Part shown: one piece after another, positions 12,985 through 25,072 of the stretch | Position numbering within the stretch: the first letter of the stretch is position 1 | Layout of the letters: each line of letters opens with the position of its first letter | Origin: Raillietiella orientalis | Taxonomy: Eukaryota | Reading direction: 5' to 3' | DNA: 64,000 nucleotides | NCBI GenBank assembly: GCA_036172245.1 | Contig: JAYWIR010000008.1 | Location: 4,650,001-4,714,000 of the forward strand | Position numbers and translations under genes: made by a program | Notes under the pieces: model-generated | Database searches by the model: none | Seen by the model: only the letters and a program-made list of their open reading frames with translations | Told to the model about the DNA's origin: nothing

Positions 12985-13390
12985 TGGGCGGTCGCGTGGC
13001 TGCGGCCTACGTGCGCGGCGGCTTCGCTTCGAATCCCAGCCGGGAACGGATCGACTCCAGGGAGAAGGGTGCGTCGTGCGGGGGCTCGAGCCCCCCAGCC
13101 GCGGCATGATGCCCATTCGGGTGCGGGCACCGGTGGAAAACGGATGTCCCTGTTGACTGACCGGGATTCTTCCAGGCCAATCAACGGGTTCCTACCAGGA
13201 ACCAAGAGGCCGGTTGTGAAGATGGAGCCGTTCCCGCCTCGAAGGAGGTTCTCTCAATTCCCCGTGCCATGGAGTTGGTTGATACCCCCCTCGGAGGTTG
13301 CATCTCCAGTGTGCACAAAAAGCGCGCTGCTTCCTTCGGGGAGAGCCCTTCGGGGAAATGTGGGAGCGTCCCTTCGGGGCTTCCTTCCGC
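12985..13390 (+). mobile_element. tRNA-derived SINE copy, 3'-truncated, inside the left inverted arm
   Basis: TTCGAATCCC B-box remnant, GTGCCATGGAGTTGGTTGATACCCCCCTCGG core, three CCTTCGGG motifs. Confidence 0.7.
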
Positions 13391-14639
13391 CCCGGCGTGG
13401 CCGGTCTCCGAACGGAGATGCGCCAGCAGGCACCCGCCTGCCGTGCTCGGCACCACTGCTGCAGGTGCCGCCGCTTCCCGCGCCGCGGCGTAGATGGGAA
13501 TTCTCGAGCTGGCGCCGCATTCGGAAACGCGGACGCTCCCCCTTCCGCCACTTCGGACGGCGGCTTGCAGATGCGGCGCATCACCCACGTCCGCCTGGAT
13601 GACCCGCACGCCGTCCTGCTGAGAGAGCCCTTCCGCGCGCACCCCCGTCTCAGCGGCGGCACCCGCCCTGCTGAACGCCTTTCCTCGCCACTGTTTCTGC
13701 CGGCGCTGACACGTACGTGCGTTACCATGGAAACAAACGACGGTGGCGGAGGGCGCTTCCGAAGCAGAGCAAGAACGCACGGACCGATTTCGGCACGCTT
13801 GGGTTCTTCTTGTCTCGAGGAGTCTCCGGCCCCATCGCTCGCGGTCGCGATGGTGACGGGTCGGTCTATCGCTCGTTCGGCCTCCTCGGAGCCCGCCGAA
13901 CCTCCTGCGCCGCTGCCCGGCCGTGCAGAAAGGAAGAGGCTTCCGTCCGTCCGAGGGCGCCCCCGAACTCTTGCAAAGCGCCCCCTCTCTCCAGCATGGC
14001 GTACCACGCCTGGTCAGGGCGAGTGCCCGGAGGAAACTCCGGTGGAGCAGCCCTGGAGGTGGTGAGGGAAAAGAAAGTCGATCGACCGTGAGGACTGGGA
14101 CACCGGGACGGGACGTGGATCGAACCGTCCGGCGGACGCGTGGTTCCCTGCAAGGCTTTCCCTCGGAATAGGTGGCGCTCGCTGAGGCGGAAGAGAAAAG
14201 AGGGTAGCCTCGTCCGCTCAAGTGGACGACGACGAGCGTCCGAGTCGAGGCGACTCGGGGCTTTGGGCTTCCGGGATTCGGGATCGCGTCTTTCGGCAGG
14301 GTGCGAGCCCTGCCGCGCAGATCGAGCGCCACTCCCGAAGAAGATCGCGGACGATTCCCGTGCTGTTGTTTTTTTTTTTTTCGCAGGACCTCGGGAAAGC
14401 CGGACGTCTCCGTAGCTGCTTCTTCGCCGTCATCCTTCCTCCTCCCTTCACTTGGAATTCCTCGCCGGCAGACTCTTGGAAGGCCATCGGAAGAGGGAGC
14501 AGGAGAAAGGACGGTCTCCGACGAAACCGGCGAGATGATACTCCTCCCTGGAGACGCGCTTCTGCGTTCTCCGATGGTTCCTGTTCGCCTCTCCAGTGTG
14601 CCTCGTCGCGCAAGGGCCACTTTTTGCCTGAGGCTCCAT

Positions 14640-14820
14640 CTCTGGGATAGAAGGGCGGGCGCAGAAATCAGTGGACCAGTCGTTGCTATGCAACTCGCTT
14701 ACCCTCTTGCCCTCAAGGTAGACCCTGGAAGCTCCCTCCAAGGGAGAGGCCGAAATTCCACGACCGGTGGGTATTCTCTGAAGGCGGGCGAAATAACGCT
14801 TCCTTCGAGATTTCACGTGC
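14640..14820 (+). mobile_element. Degenerate 3' fragment of the SINE family
   Basis: CTCCCTCCAAGGGAGAGG and CTTCGAGATTTCACG resemble the family 3' end. Confidence 0.35.
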
Positions 14821-16489
14821 CACCCGCGTGGCAAAGCGCGAGATCGGGATGGTGGAGTGGGGAGGAGAAAAGCTGTCAAGGATTGGGGAGGGAAGGCGGG
14901 GGCTGGGGAGAAGCTCGGGGCACAGTGCTCAAGCCGGCGCGTGTGGCCACCTGCCTTTCTTTCCTGACAAAGCGCGCGCGCGCGACCCCCTGCGTCGATC
15001 TCGGAAGCCGCGGCTGCCGGTACTCGCTGACATCATCTTTCGACGCAGCCAATGGGAAGAGGAGGAAGGGAAAGGACCCATTTCCGTCCTTTCGAAGGAC
15101 CTCGGGCCCCCTCTTAAGGAAGCCGGGAGAAAGTGCGTGGCAATCTCGATGTTGCGTGCCAGCCGCGCCACTACCGAGGCGCCCCGGAGAGATTTGCTTG
15201 GCGATATCACCTGCTCGCGCGACGGACGGAGGGTAGTGTAGGAAAGGACGGGAAGGTCAAAAGGGATCTGCCGACGAGGGTCCGGGAAGGTTGTCGCCGA
15301 GCATTGCGCCCGCTTCCCGTTCGCGTGGAGGGAAGAGCGGGCAGCGCCACAGTGAGCCTAGGGTCTGTTTGTCCCCCCGAGTCGCCTCATCTCCTCTTCC
15401 CTCCGCTGTAGCGCTGCTGCCCTGCTGCCAGATGAGCGCCAGCTCGCGCTCTCTCAGGCGCCACCTGGAAGCTCTCTCAGCCGAAGGGGGACCACGTTAG
15501 CGGCTGAAGGAGGGACCCAACCCCGCGGAGGACGAACGACCTCGTAGCTCCGAGAACAGTTCCTGAGTGAGAAAGCGCCCCAAGATGCGGCACTGACCTC
15601 GTCTGCCACGCGGTCTTGAGGGTGGGGAGGAGCCCCGGACGCCCATCCGCGATTTCTGGGAGGTGAGAACGGCTGACTGGATGATGCCGTTTGGTGCTTT
15701 TGAGAATGGTGAGGTAGCTGAACGAAGAGCAATATATTGGGTGGGGGCGAAGCGGTCGATGGTGTAAGAAATCGTTCATTATTGATTTTTTTTTTTTGGG
15801 GGGGGGGCACAGCCGACTCGCGTCATTTCGCATCGGAGGCAATCAGTCGGGGACTTTGGTCAGTGTCGAAGCGTTCAGGGATCGGCAGGTGCGTCGGGTT
15901 GACCCCTGACTCAGCTTCACATTCACCCTCTCTGTCTCCAGGTTCATCTTTCCCCCCAGTCGTATGATCCGGATTGAGCTTCAGAAGCAAGGGCCCCGTG
16001 CCCCTCCTCCCCTTGCTCTTTAACCCGTTCTTCAGCTCCTTCGCCTGCACTCCAGGAGTCCCATTCAGCGCCTCGTCCGTCCCCTCTCAGCAGAACGGTA
16101 GGCAGGCCTTTCTCCCTGCGTCGAACGAAATCCCCGCCTCCAGCGTCGTCGAGACTTCCCAGGGCTGACGGCGGGGCCGATGTCCACCTGGTACTTCCAC
16201 TTGCCAAGTTCCTGGCGCAGGAAAACCAGGCGGAACTCTACCGTCCGCACGCGCTGACGCAATACGTGAGCCCGTCCCAGTGGACCGCCGACAAAGAACT
16301 TCCTCTTCCCACTTCCTCAGAGGTCGTCTGAGGGGAAGAGAGACTGCTAGCCGTTCCCGGAAAGCCGGTACTACCGAAGGGTCCTTGATCTCCATTTCGA
16401 CTCTCCGGCAAGCTTGAAGGCGTCCTCCGTGAACAGACGTTTCCGAACAGCGTACGCACGGCTGGTGGTCATTTCTGGCAACGCTGCAC

Positions 16490-18300
16490 GGTGAAGAGAG
16501 GATGGATGGATGTTTGGGGAAGAAATCGATTTGAACCTGTATCCACGATTTTCGTGTCCCGTGCACGATGGATAGGGATAGATGGTGGGTTGATATTTGG
16601 GGATGGAGGGTTGATTTTAAGTGTTATGTACATGGGGGTCGATTTTTTTTATGTTTTATGTAGTGTTTGGAAAGAGGATAATTCCGGTGGCAGTGGCTGT
16701 AGCGTGATGAGGTTGTCAAAAGGAGAATTTGGGGACTCAGCGTACGTGGTTTTTAGATCTTTGGTTTTTTTTGTTGGTGCAATTCATTCTGGAAGGGACG
16801 TGGGATGCATTGTGAGAATGGTGGAGGGAAAGTTAGGGGTGAAGGGGTGACACTAGCTGGGGAATTTTGGGGAGAAACTTTATGAATTGTTCAATAGTTC
16901 TTGCGGGGGTTATGTGGAAGCCTGGAGTAGCTGTGGGTTGGCGCCGTCGTCCAGGAAATATAGGTGTGGGATTGCGGGGATGGATTGGTAGAGATGAGGA
17001 TAGCGAGTAGTGCAATCAAGGGTCCAATGTGTTCTCGGCACATAGATTACTAGGTCACTCTTGAATCTGTCATATGAAGGTACCTGTAGGTGGAAGATTG
17101 GTGGGAGAAGAAACGGGGATCAGAGAGTGCGAATCGTTGATGGTTTTGTATCATTCCTAGCCCGCGTCATCCAGTCGGCAGTTCGCAACTCCCGGAAATC
17201 GCAAATTGGCTTCCGGGACTTCGCCCTAGCCCCAAGACCGCGTGGCGGACCAAGTCATCGCTGTGCCTCGGGGCACTTCCTTTTCTTTTGTTCGGAGAGG
17301 AGAAGGAAGAACGAGTGGAAGAGGAGAGGAGCGATCTCAAGACTAACCAACCCCTTCATATGGGGTTGACACACGAGTGAATGGGGAGGTGATAAATATA
17401 TTTCAGAGGTGGCACAGAGATGGGGTCTGGTGGATTCGGGGGTCGGTTGTGGTTCTGTGTTTATTTAATATGCCTTTAAGACTGAGGTCAATTGGGGAGG
17501 TGGCTTTGGAAGTGGGGATGGACGTGTGGTAGTTCACTCAGCACACACTCACTCACTAGACTTGGACAGAGCTCCATTGGTGGGAGGAGGCTGCAGGATG
17601 TACACAGTGAGGCTAATGGCTCATGGGAGGATGGCTGGTGTGGTGCTGGTGAAAGATTCGTACGTGACTGTCATGTGTGTAGTGGCGAGGGTGGCTAGAA
17701 TGATGGTAATGCTGTGCTGATGACAAGGCATTTTGATGAGGATGACGATTTGTGATGGCTAAGGCAGCCGTAGCTTAGACTGACTTGGAGGGATTGGTTG
17801 GCTGGAGCGACGTGTGGTAGGTTCATGGGTTCCATGTTAAATTAGGACATACCGTTAGAGTGGGTGACTCGGAGGATTGTTTATGGGGCTGCCTTGTTTG
17901 CTTTGGATTGTAAATGTCTGCCGGGTATTCCCGTTCCCTGCCGTCGATTTGCAGTTGAGAATTCGCAGAGCGAAGGAGGGAGCGCTTCCTGTTTTGAGAT
18001 GAGGAAGGGGGGGGGGGGTGTTTTGATTTGTGGTGAGGGTGCTGCTGTTGGCCGTTAGTAAAAGGACGGTGAGCATCGTCCTGGGAGACATGGACTGAGG
18101 ATTTTCTGTTGTTGTCTGGCAATCCTTTGCATCACTCTCGCGCTTCTGATCATGGAGGAGGGATGGCACTTTGGGATCATCGCATTAGGGGCGGAATTTA
18201 CTTGATGGGCGTTGGATGGACCGTCTTGGAGGGCTCTTGAATTCGGAAGTCGAAGCTGGCTCTCGAAATGCTTTTGGACGTTTATGGTAGGTGATCATCT
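16490..18300 (-). mobile_element. Highly decayed LINE-like remnant (gag knuckle/APE-like, I/Jockey-type)
   Basis: Abrupt G+T skew on the plus strand (C/A-rich minus strand). A frameshifted C-A-E-N/H-W-T-L-D-C knuckle-like motif near 17010-17045. No intact ORF. Confidence 0.3.
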
Positions 18301-18361
18301 TCGGTGGTCGTGTTACTGAGAATGACTAAGAGGGCGCAGTCACCGCCTAGTGCTCGACTGC

Positions 18362-18660
18362 CAGCTCGCGTCGGAGGCCATATGGTTACGCGTCGCAGGT
18401 TCAAATACCCAGAAAGAATCGACGCCGACAGATGGGTGCATCGTGGGTTCGAGTTCCTCCTGCAAGATGACGCTGTTTTTGGCCTGCATTCGAGTGCGGC
18501 ACCGGTAGCGGTTAAAACCGGATGCCCCGACGAGTGACCGGGATCGGGAGTCGACTCTCCGGGTCCTTACAGGAAATAGAATCAAGGAATGGGTAGTTCC
18601 CCCCAGTTGTGCAAAGGAAGCGGAATCCCCCTCGGGGGGGACCCTCCGTATCGTACCATG
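18362..18660 (+). mobile_element. tRNA-derived SINE copy (5' portion)
   Basis: GCTCGCGTCGGAGGCCATATGGTTACGCGTCGCAGGTTCAAATACC head, a second GGGTTCGAGTTCC motif, then the shared core up to GTACCATGGAGT. Confidence 0.75.
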
Positions 18661-18679
18661 GAGTAAGTGTGGTTTTTCA

Positions 18680-21130
18680 CCCGGATTTTCCAGGGCATTT
18701 ATTGTAAGAAATTATAATAAAGTCGTCTATATTACAGATTCGTGGTAAAACATTTGGTTCTACCACCCACGAAAGACTTGCCAAAGGCCGGTGAGGACCG
18801 CTCCATCGGCGAAGGGGGAGGGAAACCACAAAAAAAAAAAAAAGAGGGGGGGAGTTTCTTAGGGAGGGGAGAGGAAGGAAGGGATTCACCTGGAGACGTC
18901 CTCTGTATCCCGCTCAGGATGATGACAAGTGCTGTTTTGGCATTGCCCAGGTGGGGCCATCTCGACGCAAAAAGATCGTCAAAAAAGATCATCGTCCAGT
19001 GAATGACGTCCCTTGTCGCGTTCTAGCATGCCACGATTCCATGGACACAGCAGAGAACTGCCAAGGAGGAGGCTGGCGGCAGATCGGTACGCCGGAGGAG
19101 GCGTCGGAAACTGTCTCTTGGTTCGCTCTCCGGTTTTCCTAGGATCGTCGAGAGACTATTCCAAACGGGTCGAAGGGCAGAAGGGTCTACCAATAAGTGC
19201 GGGAAGGTCTCCTTCTCGCCGCACTTTGTACAATGGGCATCGACGCTCCCCGTGTCCAGTGAGAGAGGAGTGCTCTGCATGGGATTCCTTAATGCAGAAA
19301 CAGCAATGCCAACTCCCGCCACTTGGAGGGGAGGGTGCCACAGTCCCAACACGCTGGGGGCCACTTCAGCTCTCCGGAGATGTCGTGAGCAGCTCGTTCC
19401 AGCGTACAATTCCTTTCCGGCAGGCCACTCGGGTCTCAGCACTCGCTAGCTGCCTAGTTGTCCACGCGCTTAAAAGTTTTTTTCCTGCCTTCGATGCAGC
19501 AGGACACCTCCCATCTTGTCGTTTCATTGCTTTCCCTTGCGTTTTTAAGGGAGGGTAGCACTAGGGCAAGGGGGGTGAACGAGGTCCACAGCAGTTTGCT
19601 GCATACGATCTTCTGCAGGGGCTGTCAGGGGTACCTCCCTTTCTGGAGGCAGGCATACTCCCCTCTCTCGAACCGTGGATCTTCCTCCATGCTGAAACTA
19701 CTCCTGAAGCCAGGCAGTGCAGTTCGAGAGGAGGCAGGAGATCCATGTGTTGTCCTGCACCAAGACAATCAATCGACGCAACTGATGGTCACATGTCCTC
19801 AGGCTAGTGTCATTGGCCATGAGGATCGAGGTCAATCCTTTGCAGCCAGTCTCTCCTGGTGAAGAGCCGTCCAGGTGCGCACCAAGGCGTTGTCCAACAT
19901 TTCGCCTCAAGGACGAGTCTTCTGCATTGGAGATGTCGCTCCATCCACTCCAGCGTAAGGAGGCCCAGCCCACCATCCTTACGCGGAGCACACAGATCTT
20001 TTAAGCGAACTTGGGACCTCCCTGTGCCCCACAGGGCTTTTTTCAGGCTAGAACTGACTCTTGAAGCCAGGTAGTGGACCTTCCTCAGGAGGCCCTGGGT
20101 TCGTGTTTTGATGTTGTGTGGGACGGGGCAAACAAAAAGCAGGGGGCGAAGGAGGGGAGCCACGAACGCGTTCCAAACCGCGGCCCGTTCCAGAAAGTAG
20201 AACTTGCCGTCCCGGAACGGGCCGAGTGCTATCTCCACTTTCTGGAGACAGACGGACCAGGCTTCTGCGACGCAGAAGTCCCCCAGCGGGACGGCAAGGT
20301 ACTTGATGTACCTGCCTGTTGGTATCTTCAAGCGGGTTCAGTCCGACCGTCCAGCCCACGCCGCGCCAACTGGAACTATTGGCGACATCTTCCTGTTCAC
20401 CTCCAGGCCTGTCCGACGGCTGAGCATCTCAAAGAAGCCCTCGAGTGCAGGAGCCGGAGTGGACCCGGGAAGGAGCAGCAGCAGAAGATCGTCAGCATAG
20501 GCCGACATGGTAGGCGTGCTCGGACGCGAGCTCGGTAGGGTTGCCAGAGACTCCCTGTATGCTCTCAGCACCAACTCAAAGTAGCTGCTGAAGAGCAGGG
20601 ATCTGAGGACCCTGCCTTATACCGCGGCGAATGGGCGCTCCTTACACGTGCCGGCCTCTGAAAAGAATCTTAATTAGCGCGGAGTGCCAGCTGGAGCACA
20701 GATAAGCCAGGAAGACGGCCGGGAATCCCATGAGTTCCAAGAGCTCCAGAAGGAGTTCCTGGTCGACGCAATCGAAAGCTTTGTGCAAATCGATTGAGAC
20801 TGCAAGGGCTCCCGACACGTCCGTTCCTCCTTGGCCTTCCCCGCCCTGGTCAGAGGAGAATCCAGGATTCACTTGACCTGTCGGTGAATCTCGCTGTTGC
20901 AGCTGCCATCATGTGCTGGTAAAAAAAAAAAAAGGTCGGTTTCTCTGGTTAGTCCGGGAACCGTGTAAGCCTGCTCCGGACTGACCACGGATTCCGCCAT
21001 CCGTCCCAGTCGCTCAGCCCAGAGTTTGGCCAGCAACCTGGTGCCCGCATTCACTCCTGTGATGGAGCGTCAGTTGCCTATGTTGCCAAGGTCTCCTCCT
21101 TTCGGGAGGAGACGTACTTTAGCTGATCGG
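18680..21130 (-). pseudogene. 5'-truncated L1/Tx1-like LINE, RT pseudogene with 3' UTR
   Basis: Ordered RT motifs across frameshifts: VRLLPKGGDLGNIGN*RSIT, SPEQAYTVPG, SIDLHKAFDCVD, GIRQG, AYADDL, KYLAVPL, LCAPRKDGGLGL, CTKCGEKETFPHLL. AATAAA near 18700. Confidence 0.9.
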
Positions 21131-21159
21131 AATGAGTCGACAACATCCCATCGTGGACC

Positions 21160-21362
21160 CCACAAACCGAGAGGTCTCTTCGGAGAAAATAAGCAAGGAG
21201 ATTCCTTTTGGGGCTCCCTTGGGAGACAGTTCCCTGGTGGAGATTCCCCTACGGGGATCCCTCCCCAGGCTTGAGAGGAACTCCCTTCCCCAAAACCCTT
21301 CCCCAAAGCCCTTCCATAGCCCTATGAATCTGGGGTATCCACTATCTCGAAGAATTACACAT
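21160..21362 (+). mobile_element. 3' fragment of the SINE family
   Basis: GGATCCCTCCCCAGGCTTGAGAGGAAC ... CTCGAAGAATTACACA family 3' end. Confidence 0.55.
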
Positions 21363-21939
21363 ACCCCACCTTTGCCCGAAGAGGTCGCAGGCGCCGCTTA
21401 GTGCTCGGTTGCCAGAAGCCATAGCAACGCCTGCGCCATCATCATTTTTTGGCACATTCGTCTACTTTGGTTACTCAGGGGGAGGGTTTCATGATTCCAG
21501 TTAATGGAGGCTGGGATGATGCATACTGTTGTGGTGTATATCAGCGTATCAACAATGGTACACTCAGGATTTATGGGAGGAACAGAATTTGATTATTGTA
21601 CATTCAGCTGGGCATGATATCTATGGGATTGGGTGTAGGGAATAGGCACGTCGTTTTTTTTTTTTTTTTTTATTTTAAATGGCCAGTAGCGACCCCCACG
21701 AGGAGATCGTTACTTCTGGCCTAGGAGGATGGAAATCCTTGGGTTCTTCTTTTTTCTTCTGACTTCGCTGTTTTCCTTTCAGCTTTTTTTTTTTTTTTTT
21801 TAAGAGTTTTCTTTTTTTTGGTTCGCTAAGTACCTCAGAGCCGGTCGCGTGCCTCGCGGCGCACGTGGCTGTTTTTTTTAAACATTAAACACACTATTTT
21901 GTTTCCACGCCCCTCCGCCCGCGGCAACCCGCAGGGATG

Positions 21940-22200
21940 CGTGTAATTCTTCAGGATAGGGAGCACCTTCGGGATGGGGGTCCACCCTATGAATCCAGGA
22001 AAGGCTCGGAGTCCGTTCCTCTCACGCTTGGGGAGGGATCCCCCCGGACGGGGGGGATTGCACCTCCCACCCTGGTTGTCTCCGAAGGGGAACCCCGGAG
22101 GGAATCTCCTTCCTCATTCTCTCTGGAGAGACACCCCCCCCCCAATGGGGAGGGTCTGTCCTCTCCATTTCAACTTCTCCGAAGGGAACCCGGAAAGGGA
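21940..22200 (-). mobile_element. 3' half of the SINE family
   Basis: GTGTAATTCTTCAGG...CACCCTATGAATCCAGG...CTCCGAAGGGAACCCGGAAAGG is colinear with 10979-11200. Confidence 0.7.
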
Positions 22201-24057
22201 CGTCGTTTTGTTGCCATTTGTTAGGCCATGACCCGGCCGGTCGGCTGCCGTCGTTAGAAGAGGCGGCGCTCGCCAGGGGCCTCGTGGGGAGAGGGAAGTC
22301 GGCGGGACCATGGGTGAACTATACGTCAGTCCTGGTAAGCCCTCCTGCAACGGGATTGACGTCACATAACGTCTGCTTCCCGTCGCGGGCGCTTTTGAAG
22401 TGCCACTCCGTAGTTGTCCGGCAGCTTTTCTGCATCCTCTCAAGTTCCGTGTGCGGCTTCCTGAGGCTTCCCAGTCGACTTGGGAAGGCGTGGCGCTGCT
22501 CAGCGAGCTAAACGCTTTAGCAGGCGATCCAGCTGCTGCAACCGAGAGCGGCGTTTCCAAGGCGGCCAGATCTCTCTGCTCCTACCGTGCACGCAACATT
22601 CCCGGATACGCACACAAAGGGGCCTCGCATGTGAGACCCGCGTGACTCTTCCCGTGGATGAGACAGCGCGGGAGCAGGGGAGGCGGTTCCAGAGACAGAA
22701 CACGAGCTTTCAGCCCCGAACCCGTGGCACGAGGACCTCCAGGAGAGGCACGACATACCACGTGATCCACGTTGGGTCCTGGCGATGAGGAGTCGGGCCA
22801 AGCCGTCCCTGGTCGGAGCTAGCCCCTCCGAGCATTCTGTCCGGGAAACTCCTGGGAAGTGGGTGGAGGGGAACTCGCGTCTTCCGTCGTCCGGCTTTCC
22901 GCAGGCGAGGAGAAGAAGAGGTTCCTCCTGCTTCCGGGGTTCGGGCGGCGCCGTCCGGGGAGAAGAAAGGACGAGCAGGAGGGAGGAGGAGCGATCTACA
23001 GACCAAGCCTACCACGCCCCGGAGAGCTGGGGGGATGAGGGGGGGGATTTTGCCCCAGAGAGAGAACCGACCAGGGACGAGGACGGTTTCCCCGAACTAC
23101 GAGGATTCTCTCCCGGTCGAGCGGGGACGTCCATTTAAAAAAAATAAGCGTGCAATAGACGTCAGGACATGATATACCGCAGAGTCCAATGATCCCTTCA
23201 GAAGGCGCCGGCGAGTTCCGTGGGCAGGAGGGAAGGAAACAGGCGAAGATGGATGAAAATAATTAAAATAAATTAATGAATGAACGAGAGCGATCGTTCC
23301 CGTGATTGCGGGGGAAGGTAAGGGAGTACCCTTCCTCCAGGTCCTCCGCATCATCCCGCGCGGGATGCTAGAAAGCGTCTCCTGGAGACGTCCCAGGTGG
23401 GTCCATCGTCGAAGTGGATGGTCTCCCTGACGTCGCATACTCCCGCCGCTTCGCGCCTGGCAGCGACGGCGGCGCAGACGCGATGGGGGGCTGCGACTAT
23501 GGCAGCTGGAAACACGGTTCCCCGCACAAAGAGGGGCTTCCCATCTGCTGCTGGGGTTGTCCTCCGGGATGGGGTAGACTGTGGGGAAACGCCCTTATAA
23601 TGCCCGGAGGGCAATACAGCGCGCCAGTAGGAGCGAGAAGGATCCCCCCTCCCCCCACACCCGGCACGGTCTGACTCGACGCTGCTCTCGTGGGAGTAAA
23701 CGGGATGAAGTCGAAGTTCGTTCCTGTGGGTGTGGCGCGGAAAGAGCAGCCGGACGGGACCCGCTGGAGGATCCCCGTGGTGCTGCCCACGAAATGCCTA
23801 GGCGTGTCCTCGGGGGACTTCTGTCCCGAAGAGAGGTTTGGCACGGTTGTCCCCAGAAGGCAGGAATGGCACCGGCACCGTTCCAGGATGGCGAATTTTG
23901 CTTGTTGGTGGCACTCCTTCCAGGGCTTCTCTTTTTCTGTTTTTATTTTATTTATTCATTTACTTTTTTAGGGGGAGGGGGGGTTGCTAATTACTGAAGA
24001 ACCGCTTGCCTAGGTGGCTCACAAAGCTCTTTGACACCATCCACGCCAATCGAAAAT

Positions 24058-24680
24058 GCGTGAAAGTCTTCAAGTTGAGGGGTATTCTAGGAAGGGACTA
24101 CTCTACGAAATCAGGAAGGCTCCGAGGATGGGTTTAGCAAGGTTCCCTGTTCTTCTTACGCTTGGGAGGGAATCCTCGTCCTGAAAAGAACTCCGAAGGG
24201 AACCACTTCCTTATGCTCTCCGGAAGAACCCTCTGGTTTGTGGACGACTGCTTGTCCTTTCCTCTCCGGAGGGACTCTCAAGGGAACCTCTCCTTGTGAC
24301 TCCTCTGAACCCAAAGGGAACAGCGAGCTCCTTCACACTCTGGAAAGGCAATTCTTCGAGGGGGCTATCAACCAGCTCCATGGCACGCGGTAGAGGTTCA
24401 GCCCCCGAGGAAGAGGGCTCTCCAGTTGCACAACCGGAGGGGAACTCCAAAGGGAACCGGTCCCTTGATTCATGGAAGGACCCCGAAAGGTCGACTTCCA
24501 ATCTGGCCAGCCAACGGGGGCATCCATGGGCATCCGGCTTCCACCAGTGCTGAACCCGAATAGGCCAAACAGCGCGATCCGGCGGGAAGGAATCGGAATC
24601 CGAGACGCACCCCCGTTCTCAGCTCCACGACTCTCGGTGCTACGCGCGTATGTCACAGCCATGAGGTTGGTAACGCGTGG
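24058..24680 (-). mobile_element. tRNA-derived SINE family copy
   Basis: Contains ATCAACCAGCTCCATGGCACG core (reverse complement of the family motif), 3' block and degenerate head. Confidence 0.7.
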
Positions 24681-25011
24681 CTACCATTCAGGACGGACCC
24701 CATTCGAGACGCGCCAAAAACCACAAGAATGAAAGGACACGGGAACACCCTCACCCTCACCTCATTCTGGCGACGTCCCTGCCAGCCGAGCAATCCGCTC
24801 AAGAGAAAACGATCCCGGGGGGATTAAAAAGGGAATGCTGAGATCACTCAAGGCTTCCGGACGGGGTGAACCCTCCTACACCACCTCACCTGCGACCCTG
24901 GCCGCGCCTCAGCAGCGGGTCGGAGAGGCCCGCGTGCAGCAGGTTGCCTCATCACACGAGACCTGCCGGAGACAAAATAGTGTTGTGGCCGAAGAAGCAG
25001 CGGATAAGGAA

Positions 25012-25072
25012 AGGTCGAGTCATTGGTGGGCTTCGCACCCTTTGGCTGAGAAGCCCACCAATGACTCGACCT
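25012..25072. repeat. Perfect 23-bp inverted repeat with a 15-nt loop
   Basis: aggtcgagtcattggtgggcttc (25012-25034) pairs with gaagcccaccaatgactcgacct (25050-25072). Confidence 0.95.

Larger units (their letters stand above)
12398..14299 (+). repeat. Left arm of a 1902-bp inverted duplication
   Basis: Reverse complement of 26161-28062 (paired coordinates sum to 40460). Mirrored ORFs translate identically, e.g. 13298..14065+ and 26395..27162-. Confidence 0.95.

Noticed and set aside
12497..13156. Poly-E, poly-K, poly-R and poly-F 'proteins'
   Set aside because: Translations of the (GAA)31 microsatellite.
18520..18560. Hammerhead-like CYGANGA plus stem in the SINE core (also ~57104)
   Set aside because: The required CUGANGA and GAAA core is not intact in any copy I inspected; a consensus search with Rfam hammerhead models would be needed.
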